A DNA stretch of 64,000 nt, from positions 4,448,001 through 4,512,000 of the forward strand of contig CBDETK010000013.1 in NCBI GenBank assembly GCA_965242865.1, in the 5' to 3' direction. Every line of letters begins with the position of its first letter. Position 1 is the first letter of the stretch. Source of the stretch: Candidatus Latescibacterota bacterium (GTDB taxonomy: Bacteria > Latescibacterota > UBA2968 > UBA8231). The notes under the pieces were generated by a model, which saw only the letters and a program-made list of their open reading frames with translations, was not told the origin of the DNA and ran no database searches. The translations under genes were made by a program, and so were the position numbers. Positions 1-9,955 of the stretch are shown here, piece by piece.

Positions 1-1465
1 GGAGCTGGGCCTCGGCCCAATCGGCCTCCACCTCGGCGCGGATTTCGTCCAGCCGCGGCAGGCGGGCCGGGCGGCGGCGCAACACGTGCAGGACAATATA
101 ACCATTCTCCGTGGCAAAGGGGCCGTGGAACGTCCCTTCGGCGGCGCGGAGGGCGCGGCTGACCGGGTTGTCGCCCTCTAAGGCGCCGCGGCCGTAAATC
201 ACGCTGACAAAGCGATCGACCAGCGCGGTCGTATCGCGCCCGGCGCGCAGCCGCTCGACAATGGCGGTGCCCTCGGCCTGGTCGCGCGCCAGCAACCGGC
301 GCACCTCCACCTCGGCCGGCGCAGTGTACCGGACCTTGTGCTCCTCGTAAAACAGGCGCAGGCCGTTGGGATCGGGCGCGGGCACCTGCGCTCGCAGCGC
401 GTCCTGCAAGCGGCGCGCGAGCTGGGCCTGCCGCAGTCGCTCCAACTCGCGCTGTAGGCCGGGGTCGTCGGCCAGCGCGAGCCGTGCGATTTCGAGGGGG
501 ACCAGCACCTGCCGGCCGACCTCGCGCCGCAGCACCTCGTGGCGCGCGCCTTGGCCTCTTAGCAGCGCACGGGCCTGCGCGACCGTTAGCGCCCCGCTGT
601 CGTACTCGACCGCGACCGCCTCGGCCGCCCGGCCCGCGTCCAGCCCATCCGGCTCGTAGCGCACGTTGTAGCGCGCGTGGAGGGTATCGTAATACGCCAA
701 CAGTTGCCGCCCGAGCTTTTCCCGCAGCACCAAGCGCAACACGGTCTCTCGCTCCTGCTCAAAGCTGACCGGGTGCGTGTCCGTGAGCTTGATGAGAAAG
801 TACCCGTCGGCCACCTGCATCGGCTCGGAAATTTCCCCGACCTGCATGGCGAAGGCCCGTTCGGTCAGGGCGGCATGCGAGGCCATGGTATCGCCCCAGC
901 GGTGATAGCCCATGTCGGCGCGCCGCTCCAAAATCCGCGAGTCCTGCGAGTGTTGCAGCGACAGCTCCTCAAAGTCTGCCCCGGCGTCGAGGGCCGCCAA
1001 AATCTCCGGTAGCTGGGCGGGGTCGCGCACCATCAGCAGGCTGAAGCGCACGCGGCGGTTGTACGGGCTGCGCTGGAAATAGGCCCGTAGCTCCTCTTCG
1101 GCAACCTCGGGCTGGGCGATCCCGGCGCGGGTGTACAGGGCCTGTTGCACCAGCCGCGCCCGCGCCTGCGCCTGCCATTGCAAAAACTCCGCGCGCTCGC
1201 CCAAGCCGCGCCGCTCGGCTTCCTGCACGAGCAGCGTTTGCTCGACGATGGCGTCCAAGAGTTGCTCGGCCCCGTACTCGGCCCGCAATTCCGGCGCGAC
1301 CTTGGCGAGGTACTGGCGGTAGTCTGCCACCCGAATCGCGGTTTGGCCCACCTCCACCAAAACGGCCTCTTCAGCGGCCCCGGCCGGGCCGTCCTCGGCG
1401 CAGCCGCTCGCGCCGAGCAGCACCGCGCAAAGGGCCGGGCGCACCCAACGCTTATTTAGCTGCAC
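1..1465 (-). CDS. PpiC/parvulin-type peptidyl-prolyl isomerase lipoprotein (PrsA/SurA-like), 3' end runs off the window
   Basis: Hand translation from GTG at 1465: MQLNKRWVRPALCAVLLGASGC (lipobox-like), then LVEVGQTAIRVADY and the rotamase-like ADFEELSLQHSQDSRILERRADMGY. Absent from the ORF track because it has no stop in the window. Confidence 0.8.
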   Translation of the reverse strand, partial: MQLNKRWVRPALCAVLLGASGCAEDGPAGAAEEAVLVEVGQTAIRVADYRQYLAKVAPELRAEYGAEQLLDAIVEQTLLVQEAERRGLGERAEFLQWQAQARARLVQQALYTRAGIAQPEVAEEELRAYFQRSPYNRRVRFSLLMVRDPAQLPEILAALDAGADFEELSLQHSQDSRILERRADMGYHRWGDTMASHAALTERAFAMQVGEISEPMQVADGYFLIKLTDTHPVSFEQERETVLRLVLREKLGRQLLAYYDTLHARYNVRYEPDGLDAGRAAEAVAVEYDSGALTVAQARALLRGQGARHEVLRREVGRQVLVPLEIARLALADDPGLQRELERLRQAQLARRLQDALRAQVPAPDPNGLRLFYEEHKVRYTAPAEVEVRRLLARDQAEGTAIVERLRAGRDTTALVDRFVSVIYGRGALEGDNPVSRALRAAEGTFHGPFATENGYIVLHVLRRRPARLPRLDEIRAEVEADWAEAQL

Positions 1466-2822
1466 GGTCTTCCTTCATCTTTTGAATCGCCGCCAATTCC
1501 CGCTTGCTCTTTTCCACATCCCCTGCTTTTAGATAGGCGATGGCCAATTTTTGCCGCGCAGCTAAAAATTCCGGTCGCCCGGCCACTGCGGTTGCCAACG
1601 CTTCGGCGGCCCGCGCAAAGTCGCCCTCGCGTGCATAGAGCAAGCCCAAGAAGTAGTTGACATCCACATCGTCGGGCGTCCGCTCGTGCGCTGCGCGCAG
1701 GCTCGCGAGGGCCTCGTCAAAGCGCTGCAAGCGCAGCTGCGCTTGGCCCAAATTGTAGTGGGCCTTGGCATATGCTGGGTCCAAGGCCAGCGCGGCTTGG
1801 TATTCGGCGATGGCCGCGGCGAATTGGCCCGAGCGCAGGTAGAGGTTGCCCAAGTTGTTGCGGTAGCGCAAGCTGTCCGGCGCCAAGCGCACGGCCAGCC
1901 GGTACGCTTCGGCCGCTTCGGCCAAGCGGCCCTGCTCCGCGTACAACAGCGCGAGTTGCGCCCGCGCCTCGTGGTCGTCGGGCGCGTTGCCCAGCATCCG
2001 CAGTTGGTCGTCAATTTTGTCGAGTTGCCGGTCGAGCACCCGAAACCGCGCCAGCACTTGGGCACTCTCCGCGCGGTGGCCGAGCCGCTTGAGGGCACTG
2101 GCCAGCGCGAAATACGCCTCCTTAGACAAGGAGTCGAGCGCGACCGCCCGGCGGGCAGCCCGTTCAGCGGCTGCGTACGCGCGCCGCTTGAGTTCCACCT
2201 GCGCCAAATCGACGTACGCGGCCGCAACCGTGCTGTCCAGCGCGACCGCTCGCCGCAGCGCGGTAGCGGCCCGCTCAAAGTCGAGCTCCTTCAGGCGCGT
2301 CCGGCCCAAGAGCCGATAGAAGGACGCATTCGTGGAGTCGCGGGCCAGCCCTGCTTGCAGCAGCGTTTCCACTTCGCCGTACTCGCCGCGCAAGAAGTAG
2401 ATGTAAGCGAGGTCGTAGTACGTCGTCAGATGGCCGGGGTCCAACGCGAGCACCCGGCGGTGTTCGTCCATGGCTTGGGCGTAGTTGAGCTGCTTGACGT
2501 ACAGGGCTGCGAGGTTGTGCCGCGCCGATACGTGCGTTGAGTCGAGTGCCAAGACGCGCTGATAGGCGGCCATGGCGCGGGGGTAATCGAGCGAGCGCAC
2601 GTAAGCATTGCCTACGTTGTAGTGGATTTTGGCGGACTCAGGCGCGAGCGCGGCGGCTTGTTGGTACGCGTCAATGGCCTCGGTGTGGCGGCCCTCGGCC
2701 GCGAGCGCAATGCCGCGCACAAAGAGGGCTTCGGCCTCTAGAGCCGCGCCCGGGCGCACTTTTTCTGGCGGGCTTTGCTCCGCACAGGCGCACCAGACGA
2801 GGCAGAAAAGTAGGACTCTCAT
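1452..2822 (-). CDS. Secreted tetratricopeptide repeat protein
   Basis: Signal/lipobox-like N-terminus and many TPR units (e.g. AKAHYNLGQAQL, RNNLGNLY). Confidence 0.9.
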   Translation of the reverse strand: MRVLLFCLVWCACAEQSPPEKVRPGAALEAEALFVRGIALAAEGRHTEAIDAYQQAAALAPESAKIHYNVGNAYVRSLDYPRAMAAYQRVLALDSTHVSARHNLAALYVKQLNYAQAMDEHRRVLALDPGHLTTYYDLAYIYFLRGEYGEVETLLQAGLARDSTNASFYRLLGRTRLKELDFERAATALRRAVALDSTVAAAYVDLAQVELKRRAYAAAERAARRAVALDSLSKEAYFALASALKRLGHRAESAQVLARFRVLDRQLDKIDDQLRMLGNAPDDHEARAQLALLYAEQGRLAEAAEAYRLAVRLAPDSLRYRNNLGNLYLRSGQFAAAIAEYQAALALDPAYAKAHYNLGQAQLRLQRFDEALASLRAAHERTPDDVDVNYFLGLLYAREGDFARAAEALATAVAGRPEFLAARQKLAIAYLKAGDVEKSKRELAAIQKMKEDRAAK

Positions 2823-4444
2823 CGCGTCGCTCCTTCGACGAGCAGGTGCTCTTGGTCGATGCCTAAGTCCGCGTATTCCTCGACCCGACCGCTCGGCCAG
2901 TAGAGGACCACGCGCTCAATGCTCGTGGCCGTGCCCAGCCCAAAGTGTAGCCGCAGATCGCTTTGGGAGAGAAAACTGGCTCCGGAGCGCACTTCGTCGG
3001 TCTGCACCTGCCCGCCGCTGGTGACTTCGACGCGCACACCAATGCCGGCCGCATTGCTGTCGCGGCCGGCGAGCCGCAGGCGCACATAGTGCCCGCTCGC
3101 GCCGTCGTTGCGCATCAAGGTCGGCGCGGTGGCGACATTGGTCACGAGGACATCGATATCGCCATCGTCGTCGTAGTCGCCAAAGGCCGCGCCGCGGCTG
3201 ACTCGTTTTAGGGACAGCGCGCCGCCATCGGCTGCGTATTCGGCAAAGCGACCATCGCCGGTGTTGAGAAAGAGCTGATTGCGCTGGGGAAAGGTCGCGT
3301 TCTCGTATTGCTCGACGTCGCTTTCCAAGTGGCCATTGGCGATAAAAATATCGCGGTCGCCGTCGTTGTCCGCGTCGAAAAAGCGCGTCCCCCACGCCAA
3401 GTACGCAATCGTGCCCTTGCCCAATCCGGCGAGGAAGGTCTCATCGACAAAGGTGCCGTCGCCGAGGTTTTTGTACAGGGTATTGGTCTCCCACTGAAAG
3501 TTGGTGACGAAAAGGTCGTAGTCGCCGTCGTTGTCGTAATCGCCCATGTCAACGCCCATGCCCGCTTCGACGTCGCCGTCCTCGTTGTACGCCGCGCCAG
3601 CCAAAAGTGCTTCTTCGGCAAAGTGGCCGGTGCCGTCGTTGAGGTACAAGAAGTTCGCGGTTTTGTCGTTGGCTAGGTAGAGGTCTGGGTCGCCGTCGCG
3701 GTCCACGTCGCCAAAGACCACGCCGAGCTCCTTGCCCTCGGTGCTGCCCAGCCCGGCAGCCGCCGTGACGTCGGCAAAGGTGCCGTCGCCTTCGTTCCGG
3801 TACAGCACGTCGGCCACCCCGTCAAAAGCCTCTGGGCCGCAGTAGAGTTGCAAGCCGCTGCCGCCCTCGGCGCAGACGCGGTGGTTGGCATAAGAGAAGT
3901 TGTGGTAATTGCCCACGTACAAATCCACGAAGCCGTCGCGGTCCACGTCGGCAAACGCAGCCGACGCTCCCCAGCCCTCGTCGCCGACTTCGGCGGTAGC
4001 TGTGACATCGGCAAAGGTGCCGTCGCCCTCGTTTCGGTACAGCACATTGGCGCCGAAGTTGGTCGCGTACAGGTCGAGGTCGCCGTCGTTGTCGTAGTCG
4101 CCGACTGCTATGCCCATGCCGTAGCCGGTGTCGCCGACGCCGGCGCGCTCGGTTACATCGGCAAACGTGCCGTCGCCTCTGTTGCGGTAGAGCGCGTTTT
4201 GCGGCGCCGGGTCGTATTCGGTCCCCGGCACGGCGCCGCCGTTGATCAGGTAGATGTCGAGGCGACCGTCGCTGTCGTAGTCGAAAAAGCCGCCGCCCGG
4301 GCCGACCGTTTCAATGACGAATTTCTGGCCGTTGGCCCCGTTGACGTGGACGAAGCCGATGCCCGCGTCGTGGGTGGCGTCGTGGAAGTGCGGGTTGGCG
4401 TGGAGGGGGACGGATAGGAGGAGCAGCAGCAGGAAATTGAGCAC
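2819..4444 (-). CDS. CRTAC1 family protein (FG-GAP/VCBS repeats plus ASPIC/UnbV domain)
   Basis: Repeated DYDNDGDLD motifs; C-terminal SGASFLSQSDLRLHFGLG...WPSG. Confidence 0.92.
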   Translation of the reverse strand: MLNFLLLLLLSVPLHANPHFHDATHDAGIGFVHVNGANGQKFVIETVGPGGGFFDYDSDGRLDIYLINGGAVPGTEYDPAPQNALYRNRGDGTFADVTERAGVGDTGYGMGIAVGDYDNDGDLDLYATNFGANVLYRNEGDGTFADVTATAEVGDEGWGASAAFADVDRDGFVDLYVGNYHNFSYANHRVCAEGGSGLQLYCGPEAFDGVADVLYRNEGDGTFADVTAAAGLGSTEGKELGVVFGDVDRDGDPDLYLANDKTANFLYLNDGTGHFAEEALLAGAAYNEDGDVEAGMGVDMGDYDNDGDYDLFVTNFQWETNTLYKNLGDGTFVDETFLAGLGKGTIAYLAWGTRFFDADNDGDRDIFIANGHLESDVEQYENATFPQRNQLFLNTGDGRFAEYAADGGALSLKRVSRGAAFGDYDDDGDIDVLVTNVATAPTLMRNDGASGHYVRLRLAGRDSNAAGIGVRVEVTSGGQVQTDEVRSGASFLSQSDLRLHFGLGTATSIERVVLYWPSGRVEEYADLGIDQEHLLVEGATR

Positions 4445-4457
4445 AGTCTGGACGGGG

Positions 4458-4946
4458 CTATCCGGGCAAACGGGTCAAGATCAGCGTTCCAAGCGCGATG
4501 AGCGTTGTTATCTGAATGCCGATAAGCCAGCGAAAATCGCGGCGGTGCTCTTGCCGCAAGCTGGCCATGTCCTGCCGGTGGGTGGCTTCAAGGGCCTCGA
4601 GGCGGCGATGGATGGTCGCCATGTCCTGCCGCAAGCTGGCCACGTCCTGCTGCAAGCTAGCCACGTCCTGCTGCAAGCTAGCCACGTCCTGCTGCAAGCT
4701 AGCCACGTCCTGCTGCAAGCTAGCCACGTCCTGCTGCAAGCTAGCCACGTCCTGTCGGTGGGTGGCTTCGAGGGCCTCGAGGCGGCGATGGATGGTCGCC
4801 ATGTCCTGCCGCAAGTTGGCCATGTCCTGCCGGTGGGTGGCGTCCATGCTCTCTAACCGGGCGGCTATCTGCTCAAGGCTTCCCTCGAGGCGGCCGGCTT
4901 GGACGTGTGCGGCTAGATGCTCTTCTATGGGAGACGGGGTGGTCAT
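4458..4946 (-). CDS. Coiled-coil protein with C-terminal membrane anchor (DUF1640/CCDC90-like architecture)
   Basis: Heptad repeats QQDVASL; terminal TM segment FRWLIGIQITTLIALGTLIL; AGGAG RBS upstream. Confidence 0.75.
   Translation of the reverse strand: MTTPSPIEEHLAAHVQAGRLEGSLEQIAARLESMDATHRQDMANLRQDMATIHRRLEALEATHRQDVASLQQDVASLQQDVASLQQDVASLQQDVASLQQDVASLRQDMATIHRRLEALEATHRQDMASLRQEHRRDFRWLIGIQITTLIALGTLILTRLPG
4639..4754. repeat. 21-bp tandem repeat (5 exact copies plus a partial) nested in a longer imperfect direct repeat
   Basis: GCCACGTCCTGCTGCAAGCTA at 4639, 4660, 4681, 4702 and 4723. Confidence 0.95.
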
Positions 4947-5040
4947 AGGTCGCTTCTCCTTGTGAGGTGGTTACTCCAGTATCTGAATCTTAAGAGACAA
5001 GCTCTGTTTCTTCGCCTTGACTTGCTCTTTGCTTCTAAAA

Positions 5041-5271
5041 TCAGTTCAGCTTTAACAGAATGCTTATAAGCAAGCCCACAATGCCGAATTGAATGCCGAT
5101 TAGCCAGCGAAACTGACTGTCCATGCGGCGCGTTAGTTCGGTACGCAGCTCGCCAATAGCGCGTCCAACGCCATCAATCCGCTTTTCAACGCTGTCCAAG
5201 CGGCAGTCTAACTGCTCGGCAATCCCTTGTGCAGTCTTTTTCACATTAACTAGGAGCCTCGGCGGCGTCAA
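5041..5271 (-). CDS. Short coiled-coil/C-terminal TM protein, paralog of 4458-4946 (start uncertain, possibly truncated)
   Basis: Shares the FRWLIGIQ motif and the terminal TM helix. Confidence 0.6.
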   Translation of the reverse strand: MTPPRLLVNVKKTAQGIAEQLDCRLDSVEKRIDGVGRAIGELRTELTRRMDSQFRWLIGIQFGIVGLLISILLKLN

Positions 5272-5440
5272 AAGGTCCTAACCCCTCCAATGCCTCGACG
5301 ATAAAGCGATACGCCCGCTGGCGGCTGGCGGCGGGAGGCAGCGGCCCCATGACCTGTTACAGGGCGTTGAGCTTCCCAAGCATCCCGAGTGGAAGGCGGG
5401 GCGGCGAGGCGCAGGCTGGCAAAGGCGGGCATAAGCCATC

Positions 5441-6124
5441 CTAATCGGATAGCCGGAAGGGCGGATACTGATCGGTGACTAGGATAAAAGCGTACGCGAC
5501 GACGCGCAGCCACCAGCGACTGACGCCAATGACCAGATTGAACAAGTCTCGGGGGTAGCGTTCAGTAAAGAGGATGGCGAACCAAGCCCCGATGGTACAG
5601 AGGACGGCCACGAGGCTCAGTGGGATCAGGATGATGTAGTGAGGAATGGCTAAAAACCACTTGACTAGCGGCAACCAGCGGTTGAGGTCTTGCTGGGCAT
5701 CTGGGTAATCAATGTCGAGGTGGATCGCCTGTTCCTCGTCCGTGGAGGGGTATTCGTCGCGCAGCAGCCCTAAGTAGGCTGAGACCCGGCAGGAGAAGCG
5801 CAGGAGCTCGAGGTTCCAGTCGAACCACCAGCGGGGGTACTTGCGGCGGAAGAGCAGCATGAGCACCGCCGGAATGAAAATCAAGCCTGAGATGGTCGTG
5901 ATGAAGGGAGGGGTCTTGTCGTAATCCCAATGATCCCAATACCAGAGTGCCGAATCAACCCAGTTCCAACTCCAACTCCAACTCGCCCCATCGTCTATGC
6001 TGGCCAAGACGATAAAAATGGGAATGACGGTAAACAGCCGGAAGAAGGTCGTGAGGCGATTGCGGGGCTGGTCGGGATAATCGACCTCATAGCGAAGGGG
6101 ATAAGAATCGGTGGGTGCGTTCAT
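5441..6124 (-). CDS. DUF4389 domain membrane protein
   Basis: Two repeats ending FRRKYPRWWFDWN...LRDEYP and FTERYPRDLF...TDQYPPFRL; ATG at 6124 with AGGAG upstream. Confidence 0.85.
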   Translation of the reverse strand: MNAPTDSYPLRYEVDYPDQPRNRLTTFFRLFTVIPIFIVLASIDDGASWSWSWNWVDSALWYWDHWDYDKTPPFITTISGLIFIPAVLMLLFRRKYPRWWFDWNLELLRFSCRVSAYLGLLRDEYPSTDEEQAIHLDIDYPDAQQDLNRWLPLVKWFLAIPHYIILIPLSLVAVLCTIGAWFAILFTERYPRDLFNLVIGVSRWWLRVVAYAFILVTDQYPPFRLSD

Positions 6125-6190
6125 GGGGACGCTCCTGAAGGGGTGTGAAAGGGCTTTGGGGAGCCTCAAAAAGCAAGCGTTATGGAATAC

Positions 6191-6607
6191 CTAGGCCGCG
6201 AGAGACAGCAAGCTATTCAACGTGTCTGTCGTCCGCGTTGAACTCAAAGTTCGGTGTAATCTAGTACGGAATACCTGTTCACTCTGGCAGGGAACCTCAA
6301 CCTGTGCTTCTTCTCCTTCAGCAAGATCATCAGACAGGACGAGTGGATAGTACTCTCTCAGCGGATAGGTCACCGTAACTATATCCAGACGATAGCGATC
6401 CAGCGCCGGAACGGTGACAGCTAACGTCGAGCGAAATCTCCGTGTTCCGAGCCCACTTGTAGCAACCGAAGCCCTGATACGGGGGCCGATTTTTTCGTTC
6501 AGAACACTTGCCTGCTCCTTTAGTATCTGGACGGGCGTCCCCTGCTCACCAATAACTTGGAAATCACCCCAGTAGTCTTGTGTCGGTATCTTGTGTTGAA
6601 TGGCCAT
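6191..6607 (-). CDS. Hypothetical protein, downstream partner of the EEP nuclease
   Basis: 138-aa ORF with GAGGAGG RBS; lower GC than the flanks. Confidence 0.75.
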   Translation of the reverse strand: MAIQHKIPTQDYWGDFQVIGEQGTPVQILKEQASVLNEKIGPRIRASVATSGLGTRRFRSTLAVTVPALDRYRLDIVTVTYPLREYYPLVLSDDLAEGEEAQVEVPCQSEQVFRTRLHRTLSSTRTTDTLNSLLSLAA

Positions 6608-6626
6608 CTCAAAATCCTCCTCTTGG

Positions 6627-7451
6627 TCAAGTGATGTTCAGTGAAAGGGCTATCGGCAAGTGATCCGAAAATCGGAGATCGTCTGGTCGGCCGTTGGCTC
6701 GAAGCAAGCTCTCGCCGCCCAGCTCCGTAATGGCGGTTGGCACTTCATCGCCTAGAGCGGGTATTAGGTCTGGCCGTAATAGCACTTGGTCGAATACGTG
6801 CCAGTAGTAACGGACGTAATCTGGCTCTTGGTAGTAGTAAGTTCCTAACGGTGCTTGGCGTCGTCCGTACGCCGTCCACATTGGATTGTAGAAGTACTTG
6901 TACGTTCGACCATCCCGCTGACAGCTAACGCGAGCAGCCACCTCTGGGTCCATGACGGCGTTTAGTGCCTCCAGATGGACGAGCTCTCCATCAAAGGGAT
7001 TTTGGTTGAGATCGCCGACGACGATGGTCCTGTCTGTTCCCGATGCACTTTCTTCTCTGAGAATGTCTTGGCATAGCTGCTGAAACTGTGGGAGGCGATT
7101 GTCCAAGCCCGTATAGCCGATCCTATGCTTTGCTGGCATGTGAACGGCGACTAATACGAGGGGTTCCTCATCGGACAACGCCAGTTGATAAATTGTCCAG
7201 AATTTGGCGTGGTGAAGGGTCTGTACTTGAGCGGCAGAAAACCGGTGATACAGGGATACTCGACGTTGGGGCAGTATCCTATCGCCAGCCAAAAAGTCGC
7301 GGTCGTATTGCCTGAGCTGCGTAAGGATTTCCTCTGTACTATCCGGCATTTCCGCGAGAACTACAATATCTGCTTCCCTTTCCTCGGCCAATAGACCGAC
7401 AGACTCTGCTAGGGATTTTCTCTTTAGATTCCAGAACAGTAGATTCAGCAT
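6627..7451 (-). CDS. Endonuclease/exonuclease/phosphatase (EEP) family protein
   Basis: LLFWN, DIVVLAE, VVGDLNQNP, FDQVL and FSDHLPI catalytic motifs. Confidence 0.88.
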   Translation of the reverse strand: MLNLLFWNLKRKSLAESVGLLAEEREADIVVLAEMPDSTEEILTQLRQYDRDFLAGDRILPQRRVSLYHRFSAAQVQTLHHAKFWTIYQLALSDEEPLVLVAVHMPAKHRIGYTGLDNRLPQFQQLCQDILREESASGTDRTIVVGDLNQNPFDGELVHLEALNAVMDPEVAARVSCQRDGRTYKYFYNPMWTAYGRRQAPLGTYYYQEPDYVRYYWHVFDQVLLRPDLIPALGDEVPTAITELGGESLLRANGRPDDLRFSDHLPIALSLNIT

Positions 7452-7507
7452 CCTAAGCCCTTTAGAGTACCTTAAAACGGGCACTATACTGCGTCAAATC
7501 CGTCTCG

Positions 7508-9955
7508 TCAAAAGGCGCGGAGTGCCGCTGGCCACACTTCGGAGGGAACGGGTGGGCGGGGGTGGCTCGCAGGTGACGCAGAATTTTCGGGGTACGTGCT
7601 GAGGAACGCGAAAGCGGCGAACCAACACAGGGCCACTAAGAGCAGGAGACCGAAAGCGCGGCCGAGCGAGCCTGTCGGCGCAGCAGCGCTGACGCCCTCG
7701 GCGGGGATTCGGCTGCTGCTTAAAAAGAGGGCCGCACCAGCCAAAACATAAATGGCGGCCCCTACTTCGAGCACCCCGCGGATGCTCCACTCCATGCCCA
7801 ACGCCACGGCCCCGACCGAGCCGAGCACCGAGAAGAAACCATTGACGGCCCACAGCCAAGGGACGAGCCCTGCCTGTTGCATCCCGCCTAAGCGCAGACA
7901 GGCCGGAAAGCAAGTGCCCAGCAACATGCCGAGCGGCGCGACGAGGGCCAACGTCAGCCCCACCCGCGCCGGTAAGGACCACGCCAAGGCCCCATCGAGT
8001 GCCCCGTCGAGCAAGAACCCGTAGAGATAGCAAACGAGCCCGACGCCTGCGCCGACCAACCCCAACCCCCGAGGGTGGGCGAGCGTGCGGCACCATCCGC
8101 CCGCGAGGCTCCCGGCCCCCGTGCCCAGCAACAGCCCGAAGAGCGCGACCGCCAGCGTTAGCGTCGGGTGGCCGAGAAATAGGCCAAAGCGCTGCAAAAG
8201 GTGGATCTCTACCATCATAAAGCCCGCGCCCAACCCGGCCGCGAACAACGCCCACACCAGCGGCGGTGGCCCGGCCGCGCTCGGCTGGCGCGTCTTAGGC
8301 AGCGGCACCAGCATCACCAGCACACACGCCACCAACGCGCCGACTAATAGCCGGGTCAGCTTGGAATCCAGCCCGCGCGTCGCGTCGTAAAAGAAGGGGC
8401 GGTCGTCGGTCGTCGGCGAAATATCGAGCGCGGCCGCGGCGACAAAGTCGGCCAGCGTGGTCTCGCGCAAGGCCGCCAGCGCGGGCGGCTCGCGCCGGCC
8501 GGGCGAGAAGTACGCGTCTAGCCCCAGCTCGGCCATGACCGCGTGTAGCCGCGCCAACTGCTCGGCGGTGTAGGGCTGCTTTTGCACCAGCAGCAAGGGG
8601 CGGTGGGCCTTCGGTCGGGCCGGGTCGCCGCGGGTGCCATTGACGACGACGAGGTGGTCGAGGACCGCGCTCGGCTCGTGGCCGCGCTGCTCCCACAGCG
8701 AGCCTACGGTGGCGACCACGCGCAACATCAGCGCGTGATTGTGAACCACCAGGGCCAACCGACCGCCTGCGGTCAGGCGATCGAGATAGGCGGCAAACGC
8801 CTCGCGGGTGAACAGGTAGTTCTCGGAGAGGGCGTACCCCACCAAGTCGGCTGCCTCGGCATACACCAAGGGCAGGGCGATTAGATCGTAGCGCGTGCGG
8901 GAACGCTCCAGATAGTTGCGGCCATCGCCGATGTGCCACGCCACGCCCTCCAAGTCGTACAAATGGCCGTTGTACTCGCCGTACGAGCGGACCAGCGCGG
9001 CGATCTCTGGGTTGATCTCCACGGCTTCAATTTGCCGCCAGCCGGTCATCAGCGCGTAGAGCACATCGGCCCCGCCGCCCGGCCCGATGATCAGGGCGCG
9101 CTCGCGCGGCGAAAAGTAATAGGGGAAAAACGCGGCCTCGCGGCGCAAGAAAAACAGCCGCCGGTAATCCCCGGGGAAGCGGAACATGTACGAGCCAGCC
9201 CCGCCATCTACGTACAAATTCAGGCCGGTGTCGCCGGTGCGATCTACGAGGTCGGTGCGCGCATAAGCGCTCCAGCGCGTGGCCTGTACTTCCCCGCGCA
9301 GGCGCGCCGCGCCCAACGCCCGGAACATCGGCTTGTCCGCGGCCTCGGCCAGCGCGTCCAGCGCGACCAATTCGCGTTGTTGGGTGCTGAAGGCGACGAC
9401 CCCGGTCGCTAAAACAAGGGGGCCGGTCCACGCCCAGCGGTTAAAAAAAAGGGCCGCGGCCGCCGTGGCGAAGACGCTCGCGCCCAATAGGGTGCCGACG
9501 CCGCCCAACCATTTGAGGGCCGCCACGGCGTAGAGGATGCCGAGGGCCGCGCCGACCAAGTCCCAAAAGTAGAGGATTTGGCTTTGTTGGTGCCGCGCCC
9601 GGAAGGCGAGGGCGAGAAACGCGCCCGCGGCAATGAAGGGAAGGCCGGCGCAGACGACCATCAGCGGCAGCGGCATGCGAGGGAATTGGGCTAAGGCAAC
9701 CGCGCCCCAGCCCATGCTGACGCCGCCGCCGACCGCCCAACAGCCCAAGTGCCGGTGCAACCGCTCTTCGCGCACGTCCAGCACCGCACTCAGCGCAGCG
9801 CCCAGCCCCACGCCGCAGATCGCGCCTGAGACCACTAGAAACGTGTAGTGGTAGTGCTGCAAAAAGGAAACCAGCCGGACGAGGCCGATCTCATAGCCGA
9901 TGACGGCCGCGGCCACCAGCCCCACCCCGAGTGGGAGCCGCCGCTCAGTGGTCAC
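7508..9955 (-). CDS. Membrane protein with central spermidine-synthase-like SAM-dependent domain
   Basis: TM bundles flank RALIIGPGGGADV...AVEINP...GDGRNYL...ENYLFTREAF; GTG start overlaps the upstream stop. Confidence 0.85.
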   Translation of the reverse strand: MTTERRLPLGVGLVAAAVIGYEIGLVRLVSFLQHYHYTFLVVSGAICGVGLGAALSAVLDVREERLHRHLGCWAVGGGVSMGWGAVALAQFPRMPLPLMVVCAGLPFIAAGAFLALAFRARHQQSQILYFWDLVGAALGILYAVAALKWLGGVGTLLGASVFATAAAALFFNRWAWTGPLVLATGVVAFSTQQRELVALDALAEAADKPMFRALGAARLRGEVQATRWSAYARTDLVDRTGDTGLNLYVDGGAGSYMFRFPGDYRRLFFLRREAAFFPYYFSPRERALIIGPGGGADVLYALMTGWRQIEAVEINPEIAALVRSYGEYNGHLYDLEGVAWHIGDGRNYLERSRTRYDLIALPLVYAEAADLVGYALSENYLFTREAFAAYLDRLTAGGRLALVVHNHALMLRVVATVGSLWEQRGHEPSAVLDHLVVVNGTRGDPARPKAHRPLLLVQKQPYTAEQLARLHAVMAELGLDAYFSPGRREPPALAALRETTLADFVAAAALDISPTTDDRPFFYDATRGLDSKLTRLLVGALVACVLVMLVPLPKTRQPSAAGPPPLVWALFAAGLGAGFMMVEIHLLQRFGLFLGHPTLTLAVALFGLLLGTGAGSLAGGWCRTLAHPRGLGLVGAGVGLVCYLYGFLLDGALDGALAWSLPARVGLTLALVAPLGMLLGTCFPACLRLGGMQQAGLVPWLWAVNGFFSVLGSVGAVALGMEWSIRGVLEVGAAIYVLAGAALFLSSSRIPAEGVSAAAPTGSLGRAFGLLLLVALCWFAAFAFLSTYPENSASPASHPRPPVPSEVWPAALRAF

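Noticed and set aside
4639-4754. Tandem repeats as a CRISPR array
   Set aside because: No spacers; the units are in-frame coding heptads; no cas genes.
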